A DNA stretch of 64,000 nt from Octopus sinensis. Its lineage: Eukaryota. Shown in pieces: positions 1 through 44,749 of this stretch; the first letter of the stretch is position 1, and the number at the start of each line of letters is the position of its first letter. Made by a program: the position numbers and the translations under genes. The DNA lies in contig NC_043010.1 of the NCBI RefSeq assembly GCF_006345805.1, positions 51,212,001 through 51,276,000 on the forward strand, given 5' to 3'. The notes under the pieces were generated by a model. It ran no database searches. It was given only the letters and a program-made list of their open reading frames with translations, and was not told the origin of the DNA.

Positions 1-214
1 ATATAAAATGTACATTGTAACAGCAAGTCCAGTCGTTCAGTTTTTTCCTAAAGTTGCCTTTATCCTGAGAGGAAGATGTCATTTGTTGAAAGACGTTTCT
101 GGTTTTTGTCATCCAAATTTCAGTTCTGTTGCCATAGCTACAAGTATTAGGAGTCCCTTGAGGCACGTTTGCCCCACCAGCGTCAGCCTCACTGCCACCA
201 GTAGAAAGTAAATC

Positions 215-32938
<32,724 letters not shown>

Positions 32939-33127
32939 AATTCAAAACACAAAAGTTGAGCAATCAACAGGACATAGATCTGAAAAATTTAAGTAAAAAA
33001 TAAAAATTATTATTATCATTAATCAATATTATCATTATTATTATTATTATCATTATTATTATTATTATTATCATTATTATTATTATCATTATTATTGTTA
33101 TTATCATTATCAATATTATTATTATTA

Positions 33128-33638
33128 TTGAGTGAGAGAGCAGTTCATGCCATCAAAGTGACACTGGGGTAAAATATACGAAGCCCAATATACCCATCAT
33201 GACTACCCGTCTGATAAGGGTACACCAAGTACATGCATCACAACCATATGTGCGCGACATGGTGATCTCATATCAAGATAAACAGCGCATGACCTTGCAG
33301 GTGGGGCCCAGTTAGAATTTTCTTCAGGTTGAGTAGCCCATCCTGCTCAAAAGGTCCCTGAATAAGGGTTGTTTAAGGATGTTGAAAGAACCACCCATGT
33401 TTCCAGAGGTGAATTATTCAAACCCCAAAGAATCCCTCTCAACACATGGCTATGATGCTCCCCCACTACTTCTGCTCGTGATCAGAGATGCACATATTGT
33501 CAGCCACTAAGGGACATGCTCAACTGGTTAAGGTCAAACAACTGACAAGCAAATCTGTGGTATTGAGCAGAATATTTGCTGTAGCCCATCTTTTATACCA
33601 AGACAAAACAATGTACATGATAACACTTCCAATCAGTT
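33128..33638. mobile_element. ~510-bp insertion within an (ATT)n array, probably the 3' UTR of a microsatellite-targeting non-LTR element
   Basis: Complex sequence flanked on both sides by (ATT)n; the class is inferred. Confidence 0.5.
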
Positions 33639-33688
33639 TATTATTATTATTATTATCATTATCAATATTATTACTATTATTATTATTA

Positions 33689-34366
33689 GGTCATCTATTG
33701 GAACCATTCAACATCATGCGTTTGGTCTGTCAAGTGTGTCCACTCTTGTTCCTTCTGTATGTATTGACTCTCGAGCCATTACTTTGGAAACAGGAGACAC
33801 TGAGAGGCACTTTGCGTGAACTAGGATGTAGCAGAGTTGTGTTGGCATACGCAGATGATGTCACCATCATAGTGTCGGACAACAAGCACATAGACCTGGT
33901 CAGCACTGCTGTGAAAGAATACAAGGAAGTAACAGGGGGAAAGATTAATCCAGAAAAGTCGGTGAGCCTGCAGCTGAGCACCTGGAGAGGCAGATCCATG
34001 CATTGTAGAATGTTGGATGGTTGGGCCCATAAAATTGCTCGGGGTCTGTAGCAAGTTTGTTGAAAGGTGGATGAATGTTGGAAGAATGGCCAGTGTGAAA
34101 GGACCAATTCTGAGCATGCACCTCTAAAAAAAAAAAAAAAAGAAGGGCTCTTGCCCTGTTATTCAGGCACCCGTGGGTTTTCAGGGGTTTTCCATGAGGA
34201 CCTTAAAGCACCTCCCCTATTGGAAGTTTTAACTTGTTCAATTTTTATTGTTATTATACTGTGTACATGCGAAAACCTATTGTATCGTCCCGTTTTTGTC
34301 TTTTATGTTGTTATATATCTTTTAATGTTATTTTATGTGAGCCCTTGTGGCTAATAAAAAAATAAA
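33689..34366 (+). pseudogene. L1/Tx1-like LINE fragment (RT core plus 3'UTR, internally deleted)
   Basis: VCQVCPLLFLLYVLTLEPLL...AYADDVTIIV...YKEVTGGKINPEKS; ends at AATAAAAAAATAAA. Confidence 0.85.
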
Positions 34367-34684
34367 TTATTATTGTTACTAACTAGCTGACCCCGTGCAG
34401 TCAAAAATGACGGCTAATTGTAGTATTTTATATATAAAAAGGGTACGGAAAGGTGAGAAAAAAAATCAACCAGTGCTTCTACTCTGTGTGTGTGTGTGTG
34501 CACATGCATGTGTGCATATGTATACATTTATAGGTATGAGTAGCATAGTCTGTAGCAAATGTGGTTTTCTATAATTTGTCACAGCCCACTTCCTTCCTTT
34601 TTAAGTGTGTCTGTTTATATATATGTATGTGTAAAAAGCACATGTGTCTGTAATTCTATTTTCTATGTATCTTTTTATATGAAA

Positions 34685-35194
34685 CTAGCAGTATCGCCCG
34701 GCGTTGCTCGGGTTTGTAAGGGAAATAACTATATAAGCATTTTTAGAGAGTTACTTCCCTTATAGATGCCAATTCGGGCTTCCTTAGCCATTTCTGTTTT
34801 GGTGTCTTCAAGCCATGAAGTCGTTGTTCTAAAAGAACGCTGGTCTCCTTGACAACGCTTTACGACGATTTCCTTACACTCCCTTCCCCACAGCTTCACG
34901 AGGGAGGGAAGAAGGGGGAGAAGCAAACAGGTGCAGGTGTGACCATGGACGCCAACTCCGTCGCCATCGACACACGAAAAATTGTGCATTAAAATGGAAT
35001 AAAAAATGATGTTAAATTATTTTTAAAATTGTAGACTCATCGTAGACGCGCGCTAATACTCAGACGGGCTCGATATGAATCACGACTATAAGATACCCGA
35101 ATTTGGTTAAACTGCACCGCAAAATGTGGGAGTAGTTAGGAATCTAAATCGAAGGGGACAGACACTCACACAACTAGAGTTTTATATATATAGA
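34685..35194 (-). mobile_element. Non-autonomous Helitron with intact ends
   Basis: Minus strand A|TCTATATATATAAAA...CCCGAGCAACGCCGGG(hairpin)CGATACTGCTAG|T; canonical AT insertion site, no TSD. Confidence 0.88.
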
Positions 35195-35710
35195 TATACA
35201 AACACAATATTGTGAAATATTTAAATATATTTTACACAAACACATACACACACACACACAAACATTCACATTCCTCCCTTTAACACACACACGCATATAC
35301 TCACAGAGCTGAAGAGCGGTTTGATTTTTGTTTCACTGTTGACTTTTCACCACCCCACTTCCATTGGTGGATCACCCCTTCCTTTCTCATTCGTATGTTA
35401 TATCAGAGAAATGCACAATGACTATTATTAGGAGATTATTATAGTAGAAGATACATGACGCTCTCTTTGCCACTTCCTCTCTCTCAATGCTATCACTTTC
35501 TCTCACTTCCTTTCAGTCATGGCCATTACTCTCACTACTTCTCCTTCACTGAATTACTATTTTCTCTCCTCTTCCTTCACCATCTACTCCTGTATAATTA
35601 TGGACAAATATATATATATATATTCTTCTACTTTTACTACTTCCGTCTTTTAGTATGTGACCTCGTCTGTATCACTAGCGATTTTTTTCCCCTGCCTTCC
35701 CTTCTCCTAT

Positions 35711-35745
35711 GTTTCCGACGAAGAGCTCCGCTCGAAACGTCAAAC
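35711..35745 (+). ncRNA. Minimal type I hammerhead-like motif (variant core CCGACGA)
   Basis: GUUU-CCGACGA-A-GAGC[UCC]GCUC-GAAA-CG-UC-AAAC; GUC cleavage triplet; inside a TA-flanked ~200-bp element. Confidence 0.6.
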
Positions 35746-35843
35746 CCTCCTTCTTCCCTTCTTTCCTGAGCGTCCAATAATACTTTATTTGTTCCATGTC
35801 CTTGCGTTGTTGTTTTTTTGTTTTTGTTTTCTTGTTTGGATTA

Positions 35844-35901
<58 letters not shown>

Positions 35902-36574
35902 CAAATATATAAAACACTATGCTCATTATTATAGTAGGAGATAATAACAATAATGATAATAATAATAATAATAATAATAATAATCCTTTCTATTATAGGT
36001 ACAAGGCCTGGAATTTGTGGGAGTGGGATAGTCAATTACATCGACCTCAGTACTTGACTGGTTCTTAATTTATCGACGCCAAAAGGATGAAAGGCAAAGT
36101 CAGCCTTGCAGAATTAGAATGTAACAACAGGCGAAATACTGCTACGCATTTTACCTGGTGTGCTAACGTTTCTACCAGCTCACCACCTTAACATGCTAAC
36201 AATTCTGCCAGCTCACCCCCTTTATAATAATAATAATGGTTTTAAGTTTTGGCACAAGGACAGTAATTTCGAGGGAGGCATAAGTCAATTACATGGACCC
36301 CAATATTTGACTGGTACTTAATTTATCGATCCTGATTTTGATATATCTTTTTGCCTTCTTTTTTTAAACTTTTTACTTGTTTCAGTCATTAGACTGCAGC
36401 CATGCTGGGGCACTGGCTAGAAGAATTTTAGTTGAACAAATTGACTGCCATGCAATAGGACTGAACCTTGAACTGTGTGGTTGGGAAGCAAGCTTCTTAC
36501 CACACAGCCACACTTGTGCCTACATATATATATATGATGATGATGGTGATGATGGTAGACAGTTCATCAGTGTC

Positions 36575-37030
36575 TGATGATGATGATGAAGTCTGTGTTC
36601 AGTGATGAGAATGCATGAAGCACACAGGCGCCACAGGTGTCACAGCAATAGTCTAATGATTGGATTGAGGCAGATGCTGCCTTGTGATGTCTTTCTCTTA
36701 CAGCATTGAGATGTTGTCACCTGTCCTCTCTGAAGACAGCTGCTGCTCATGAGGTGAGAGTCCTCAACACTGATCTGCCTGCAGCAGAGGCTTTAAGTTT
36801 GCATGGGCTAATGCTGCTCTGTTTCAGGTTACTTTTCAGAGTGTCTTTGTACCTTAGTTTAGGAATTCCTCATTTGCATGAGCCCTGCATAAGCTTGCCA
36901 TACAACAGATGCCTAGATACACGGTTGTCACCCATTCCGATGACATGGTCAGTCCAGCATAACTGAGCCTTCAGTAACATTGACTCAATGCTTGTTGAAC
37001 AAGCTCTGTCCAGCACTTCTTGGTTTGTCA
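36575..37030 (-). pseudogene. RTE (BovB-like) LINE 3' remnant
   Basis: TNQEVLDRACSTSIESMLLKAQLCWTDHVIGMGDNRVSRHLLYGKL...PKLRYKDTLKSNLK; (CAT)n tail. Confidence 0.85.
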
Positions 37031-37049
37031 CAGTGTGTGTGTGTGTAAA

Positions 37050-37375
37050 GGTGCATGGCTCAGTGGTCAGAGTATTGGGCTCACAATCATGAGGTACTGA
37101 ATTCGATTCCCAGACCAGGCTGTGTTGTGTTCTTGAGCAAGACATTTTATTTCAGTTTACTCAGCTGTAGAAATGGGTTGCAATGTCACTGGTACCAAGC
37201 TGTATTGGCCTTTGCCTTTCCCTCGAATAATATCGATGACATTGAGAGGAGAGGCTGGTAAGCATGGGTGACTGCAAGTCTCCCATAAACAACCTTGCCC
37301 AGACTTGTGCCTTGTAGGGTAACTTTCTAGGTGCAATCCCATGCTCATTCATGACTGAAGAGGGTTTTTACCCTT
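37050..37375 (+). mobile_element. SINE family E copy
   Basis: Homologous to 17803-18140. Confidence 0.8.
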
Positions 37376-37701
37376 TCTACACACACATACAAACACACAT
37401 GGTGGGTTTCTTTCAGTTTCAATCTACCAAATCCACTCAGAATGCTTTGGTCAACTCAAAACTATGACAGAAGACATTTGCTAATGGTGCCACACAATGG
37501 AATTGAAACCAAAACTATGTGGTTGGGAAGCAAACTTCAAAGCCACACTGTTGCACTGATGCCTAAGCAATGAAAAACCACTTAATCTCTAACATTTGAA
37601 GGTAATAAGCCTAAAACTTATAATCTTAACTATCAATCTCAAATAATCAATATATAGATTATCAATATATATACATCATTAATCATTCTACCCCTTACAT
37701 T

Positions 37702-37758
<57 letters not shown>

Positions 37759-38667
37759 TATATATACACACATACATATATAGGTCAACCTACCTACAAC
37801 TAACAGCCAAATATCCATAAAAATTATACTCTATTAACTAAAAAAAAAAGAGGTGGGGAGGTCACATAAGATAATAGATATAATACTATGTCTATAAATA
37901 AGATGAGATGGTCAGAACTTGACTGTCTTTTATTGTAGATCTACTAGATCAGAGCTGATCTGGAGTCAAGTAACAACACAATACATAAGAACCAAAATGG
38001 AAGACTATATACAGTTGCTTGACCTAGTAAAGGTAGCAGCCAAATCCCCTTTTAGTCTCTTAACTGTCTTGAAAATGACACAACACACTGGATGTCCTAG
38101 ATGCACTATGTCCAAATGAAAGGTGTGATTGTCACAGCTGGAATATCTTTGGTTTTAACAATTCTTTCTATGACAGCCACAAGGCCTGAAATTTTGGGGA
38201 ATGGAGGGTAGTCAATAACACCAAGACTAGTACTTCACTGGTACTTTAATAAATCGGCCCCAATAGGATGAAAGGCAAAACTAACCTCAGTGCAATTTGA
38301 ACTCAGAACATATAGAACTGGAAGAAATGCTGCAAAGCATTTTGTCTATAGTGCTAACAATTTTCTCAACTCACCAAAAAATTTTAATTGTTTAAATTAA
38401 TTTATGTGATTAATTAAAATTACCTGGCTGCCACATTTTACATACCATTTCTGCTTCATGACTACGTTTTTGTATAGTTTTTATAAGCACAGGCATGGCT
38501 TCATGGTTAAGAAATATACCTAGCAATTACATGATTATGGGTTTAGCCCCACTGTGCGGCACCATAGGTAAGTGTCTTCTTCTACAGCTCCAGCTGACTG
38601 TTGCCTCCTGAGTAAATCTGATAGGTGGAAAATATGCAAGTCCATCATAAAAGTGCATATATATTCT

Positions 38668-39008
38668 CTTTTACTCTTTTACGTGTTTTAGTCATTTGAC
38701 TGTGGCCATGCTGGAGCACCACCTTTTAGTCGAGCAAATCGACCCCAGGACTTATTCTTATGTAAGCCCAGTACTTATTCTATCGGTCTCTTTTGCCGAA
38801 CCGCTAAGTTATGGAGACATAAACACACCAGCATTGGTTGTCAAGCGATGTTGGGGGGACAAACACAGACACATACATATATGTCTACCAAATCCACTCA
38901 CAAGGCTTTGGTCGGCCTGAGGCTATAGTAGAAGACACTTGCCCAAGGTGCCACGCAGTGGGACTGAACCCGGAACCATGTGGTTCGTAAGCAAGCCACT
39001 CCTACACC
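38668..39008 (-). mobile_element. SINE family A copy with a central deletion
   Basis: Reverse complement of the family A consensus. Confidence 0.8.
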
Positions 39009-39886
39009 TGTATCATATATCATCATATATCATATATCATACATATATCATCATCATCGTTTAACATCCGCTTTCCATGCTAGCATGAGTTGGACGATTT
39101 GACTGAGGACTGGTGAACCAGATGGCTGCACCAGGCTCCAATCTGATCTAGCAGAGTTTCTATAGCTGGATGCCCTTCTTAACACCAACCACTCCAAGAG
39201 TGTAGTGGGTGCTTTTACGTTCCACTGGCACGAGGGCCAGTCAGGTGGTACTGGCAACAGCCACGCTCAAATAGTGTTTTTTACATGCCACCTGCACAGG
39301 AGCCAGTCCAGTGGCATTGGCAACGACCTCACTTGAATGTTTTTTTCACATACCACCAGCACAAGTACCAGTAATGCGACACTGGTAACGATCACACTCA
39401 AATGGTGCTCTTAGTACTCCACTAGCACGGATGCCAGTTATATATGTGTGTGTGTGCACGCGCGTGTATGTGTGTGTGTCTTTGTGCCCTCTCACACATC
39501 TGCTATTTGACAACCAGTTCTTGGTTGCTTTCGTCCCCATAACTTAGCAGTTCGGCAGTACCAGACTTAAAAAAAAAAAAATACTGGGGTCAAATCGTTC
39601 TACTAAATTCTTCCATCTACCAAATCCTGCTGTGGGGTTGAACCCGAAACCATATAGTAGCAGTGTGTGTGTGTGTGTGTGTGTGTGTGCAATAAAAGAG
39701 GGAAACAGAAAATGGAGTTAGCAAGAATCTTTATTCAACACAACAATTGTTTCAACTCATCCTGCATCTGTTGCTTACAGGTGCGATATATTTGCACTGC
39801 TAGTTGTGTTGTGTCCATCAGTGCAGGCTGCATCCCATCACGTGTCTCCTTTTAAATAAGATACTTCACTACATATACTGAGATCT

Positions 39887-40165
39887 GGAGGCACATGGCC
39901 TAGTGGTTAGAGCAGCGGACTCGTGGTCGAGGGATCGCAGGTTCGAATCTCAGACCGGGCGATGTGTGTGTTTATGAGCGAAACGCCTAAGCTCCACGCA
40001 GCTCCAGCAGAAGGTAATGGCGAACTTCTGCTGACTCTTTCGCTGCAATTTTCTCTCACTCTTTCCTCCTGCATCTTGCAGCTCACCTGCGACAGACCGG
40101 CGTCCTGTCCAGGTGGGGAACCTATATGCCAAGGAAACCGGGAAACTGGCCCTTATGAACAAACA
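39887..40165 (+). mobile_element. tRNA-derived SINE (family D variant) inserted in a fold-back element
   Basis: GGAGGCACATGGCCTAGTGGTTAGAGCAGCGGACTCG...GGTTCGAATCTC; sibling at 46008-46310. Confidence 0.8.
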
Positions 40166-40839
40166 ACAATATACTGAAATCCACTTGGTATGTTGTGGTT
40201 GCCCGTAGGATGTTGGCTAATACACATGACAAGATGCCGCCTGCACTGACAAATGCATCACAAGTAGCCATGCAATATCTCACCAATAAGGGACAGATGC
40301 CGGACAGGTCAAAATGATCATTATGTTGAATAAAGAGTCTTGCTAACTCCATTTTCCATTTCCCTCATTCATTATAAGCTCAAAAAACACTGCAAAATTC
40401 CTGACACAGATCTAGTGACAATTATATCATAACCATGGATGACATTAGGTAGCCTAAATGGTGTAAGTACTTTAATTGGCATACTACTAAACATATACCC
40501 AAAGTCCAAATAATTATATATATATATATATATATGGTAGCATATTTTAGTATATACCTTGTTGCCAATGCAGTTGTATCTAATGCAACAACTATTCTAT
40601 TTCCATTACACCTGACACTCAGGTGAACTCATTCTTTTGCTATCCACTCGAGCAACCACTGAATCTTAATTTAGTCACCTAATCATTAGAATATATCATT
40701 CATAAACATAGTACACCAGTGAAATCATTGGCGCACAACAAATCTCTGTTCCCGATTGTTAGTCACAAACTTGAAATTTTTATTCTCAGTAATGGTGTCC
40801 TATTTTTGTTCCTCCACTCGCAGCTCAATAAATATGACC

Positions 40840-40870
<31 letters not shown>

Positions 40871-40947
40871 ACACACATTCAAATACTCATACTTACATAG
40901 AGACAGAGTATATATGTATACATATTATATATATATATATATATATA

Positions 40948-41344
40948 AGGCGCAGGAGTGGCTGTGAGGTAAGTAGCTTGCTAACCAACCACATGGTTCC
41001 AGGTTCAGTCCCACTGCGTGGCACCTTGGGCAAGTGTCTTCTGCTATAGCCCCGGGCCAACCAAAGCCTTGTGAGTGGATTTGGTAGACGGAAACTGAAA
41101 GAAGCCTGTCGTATACATATATATATGTGTGTGTGTGTGTGTTCGTCCCCCTAGCATTGCTTGACAACCGATGCTGGTGTGTTTACGTCCCTGTAACTTA
41201 GCGGTTCGGCAAAAGAGACCGATAGAATAAGTACTGGGCTTACAAAGAATAAGTCCGGGGTCGATTTGCTCGACTAAAGGCGGTGCTCCAGCATGGCCGC
41301 AGTCAACTGACTGAAACAAGTAAAAGACTAAAGAGTAAAGAGTA
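40948..41344 (+). mobile_element. SINE family A, full length
   Basis: Complete head, central TA/TG tract, (AGTAAAG)n tail. Confidence 0.85.
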
Positions 41345-41601
41345 ATATATACGTTTTATTTATTTATTTATTTTTATTTATTATTTTGCACATTACTTAA
41401 TTATTGTTATATGTTTTATCTTATATTTAATTTATCTATAATATGTAATTTTTCTAAATGGTATAATTTAATTTTTCAATATTGAATTGATAAAAGGTGG
41501 GTTTTTCTCATTTATATATATATATATTATATTTTGTGAAATTTGATTTAGTATTTCTAAATTGAATTTTTCCCTGTAAGTTTGGAATAATATTCCCTCA
41601 C

Positions 41602-41665
<64 letters not shown>

Positions 41666-41781
41666 TATATATATACATACACACACACATATATACATAA
41701 TTGTTAAAGAGGACAACTAGCGTTAAGGCAAGGCAAAGATCTCAAGTCATATACATTACTATTATTGGAAAAATATTCAAA

Positions 41782-41837
41782 GTCTTACAGCTGTTTCAGG
41801 AATAACCCAGAGTATGGGATATTCCATCATCGGAGAC
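41782..41837 (-). ncRNA. Type I hammerhead-like motif (core CCGAUGA, palindromic stem III CAGCUG)
   Basis: GUCU-CCGAUGA-U-GGAAUA-U-CCCA[UACUC]UGGG-U-UAUUCC-U-GAAA-CAGCUG-UA-AGAC. Confidence 0.65.
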
Positions 41838-42264
41838 AAATAAGGAAAATGAGAAGGGTATAGATTAATGCAATGAAGATGTAGAGGACAGGATTAAAGG
41901 AATAAGGAAATGAAGAAAGAGAAGAAAAAAGAAGTATGAAAGTTCACAGTTCAACTTTCCGATCTTGTAGTAATAAGTCCTTAGGTACAATCCTACATAA
42001 ATCCATGTGGGTTAAAGTCCTGATATTGTAAACCTCCAGAAAAGAGATGCGAACATATCAACGTTCAGTAATAAATATATATCTGCTGCATCGGAAATCT
42101 GCAATGGCTCCATAACTACAGTTTCGGCTATAACCTTGGAGCCCTAGTAATCCATTGCAGCACTTACCTAGCGTACCTAATCCTTTAGTTCACCTGTGAA
42201 CTAAACACCCATATTTTGTATGTATGTGCATATATATATATATATATAATATATATATACACAC

Positions 42265-42401
42265 ACAAAATTAAGAGGAATGACCGCTAAAGTGGATACC
42301 TAATATGCTAAACATAGATGTCAAATCGCCATCACCATGATTTGACATCTATGTTTAGCATATTAGGTGTCCACTTTAGTGGTCATTCCTCTTAATTTTG
42401 T
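42265..42401. repeat. Near-perfect inverted repeat, 63-bp arms, 11-nt loop
   Basis: Arms 42265-42327 and 42339-42401 with two mismatches. Confidence 0.92.
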
Positions 42402-42518
42402 ATGTTACACAATTTTTAATCTTCAGTTTTAAATATGCTAAGCCACTGGTTTTAATTGATTAATATCAATTTCTACCCTTATTATTTAATTTATATATAT
42501 ATATATATACATATTTTT

Positions 42519-42729
42519 TCAAGGGGGTTTTGAAAAGTTTCTCAAAAGAAAATACAGGAGGATCAGTTAATTATGATTTTATTCAACATATTCCCCTCTC
42601 AGATTCACACACTTACTGCAGAATTCCTTCAAGCTTTTTAAGCCCTATAAAAGAACTAAGAAGGTTGGGCCTCCAACCAGGCCTTTCATGATACCTTGAA
42701 AACCAGGAACATTTTAGCACCCCCTCATA
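42519..42729. mobile_element. Mariner-type MITE (decayed)
   Basis: AGGGGGTTTTGAAAAGTT...AACATTTTAGCACCCCCTC inverted ends. Confidence 0.6.
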
Positions 42730-42897
42730 TGTACAGGCATGGGTGTGTGGTAAAAAGTTTGCTTCTCAGCCATATGATCTTGGTTTTAGTCCCAGTGTAC
42801 AGCACCTCGGGCAAGTGTCTTCCACTATAGCCTCAGGTCAACTGAATCCTTGTAAGTGGTTTCAGTAGATGGAAACTGAAAGAAGCCTGCTGCATGC

Positions 42898-43640
42898 ATG
42901 AAGAATACTGAAAGCCTAATAATCACTGCCCAAGACAAGGCATTGATTACCAACTCAGTACAAAAGAATATATACCACACAAGTGCAACGGACCTCTGCA
43001 GAATGTGTGGGAAGAGGGTTGAAAGCGTGACATTGTTAGTGCTTGCGAAAGTCTTGCGTAGACAGAGTACAAGCACAGATATGACAAGGTAGCCCAAAAC
43101 CTCCACTGGCTACTATACCGTAAATATGGATGAGGTCACGGGTGCTTGGTACCAACATACACTGGAAAAGGTAATAGATGAAAAGTGAAAGGCAAAAATC
43201 CTCTGCAACTTTGACTTCCAGACAGACACGGTATTAGAGCACCGAACCTTTAGGAGGGACAAACAAGAGTGCCTAATAATTGACGTGGCAGTGCCAGGAG
43301 ATCAACATATCATGAAAGGAAGAGTAAAGGTTGATAAATATGGAAACCTGACAATTGAGATTAAATTGTGGCAGCTACGAGAGTCAGACATAAAGGTTAT
43401 CTCTATTGTCATCGGAGCATTGGGTTTAATATCACTCAATCTGAAAAAACATCTGAAACTTAAGAAATACCCTACAATCTAGGTGTATTGCAAAAGTTGG
43501 CATTACTTGGAACTGCACGCATATTGCATAATGTACTATCTGTCTGAGGTCCTTGTTGTGACTTGACAAACAGTAGAAACCCCTGGTAGACACAATATCT
43601 TTAATCAATGACCTCACAATATTATATACTGTGCGACACC

Positions 43641-43695
<55 letters not shown>
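42898..43695 (+). pseudogene. R4/Dong-like non-LTR retrotransposon 3' remnant (zinc knuckle and restriction-like endonuclease), (AAT)n tail
   Basis: TESLIITAQDKAL...CRMCGKRVES...NFDFQTD...CLIIDVAVPGD...KVDKYGNL...IVIGALG with frameshifts, then (AAT)n at 43641-43695. Confidence 0.85.
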
Positions 43696-43697
<2 letters not shown>

Positions 43698-44749
43698 GGC
43701 CATGTAACTAATGCCATGAGGTTGTTCACCAATATGTATCAAATCCTGGCTTTTCTGTTTTCTGGTAATGTCTCCTTCTCCTCAGGACTGGTTAGGTGGC
43801 CTACCCCATTCCTTTGAGTCTACTTGTCACCCATATTGTATTCTCACAAGCCTCGCACTAACCCCTCCCGGAACATCACCCATCACTACAGAATTTCCTA
43901 CCTGCCCAAATTTTTTTGTACAGCCATCGACTTGTAGTTAATCATGAACATCAAGTGTTGACCTCAATGGTCATGGAGGGTCTGCCAAGTCCATAGAGAT
44001 AAACCTCATCTCCAAACCAAACTATTACAATACAAATAAGAGTTTAATTGTTTATCTTTCACTTGTTTCAACCAATGGACTACAGCCATGCTGGGGCACT
44101 GCCTTGAATGTTTCAGTCAAACAACTCAATTGCAGTACTTATTTTTAATCCTGATACTTATTCTATCAGTCACTTTTGACAAACAGCTAAGTTAAGAGAA
44201 CATGGAAACAAACAAACCAACACCAGTCATCAAGCAATGAGGGGAGGAATCAAACATAACACAGACACAAACACAAATATATACCTCTCATTATCATTTA
44301 ATGTCTGCTTTCCATGTTGGCATGGGTTGGTTGGTTTGACAGGAGCTGGCAGAACCAGGAGCCACACCAGGCTCCATTGTCTGTTTTGGAAAGCTTCTAG
44401 AGCTGGATGTCCTTACTAATGCCGATCACTTTACAGAGTGCACTGGGTGCTTTTTACATGGCACCATCACCAGTGCTTTTTACATGGAACAAGCAGCAAC
44501 AGGTTCACCACACACACACATGTACATAATATATATGACAGGTTTCTTTCAGCTTCCATCTAGGAAATCCACTCACAAGACTTTGGTCAACATTGGACTA
44601 TAATAGAAGACACTTGCCCAAAGTGCTGCACAGTGGGACTGAATCCAAGACCCAACAGTTGGGAAACAAACTTCTGAGCCACACAGTCAAGCCTATCCAC
44701 CATTTGATTCTCAGTTATCATCTGTGGATCCTATGACCTATATAGAGAG

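Noticed and set aside
33488-34051. 187-aa ORF as a gene or active reverse transcriptase
   Set aside because: Chimera of a repeat, (ATT)n and a truncated L1/Tx1-like RT fragment with a degenerate QG motif
39887-39960. tRNA-like sequences (also 32332, 46008, 49885)
   Set aside because: They continue into shared SINE bodies and lack a proper acceptor stem; SINE heads, not tRNA genes
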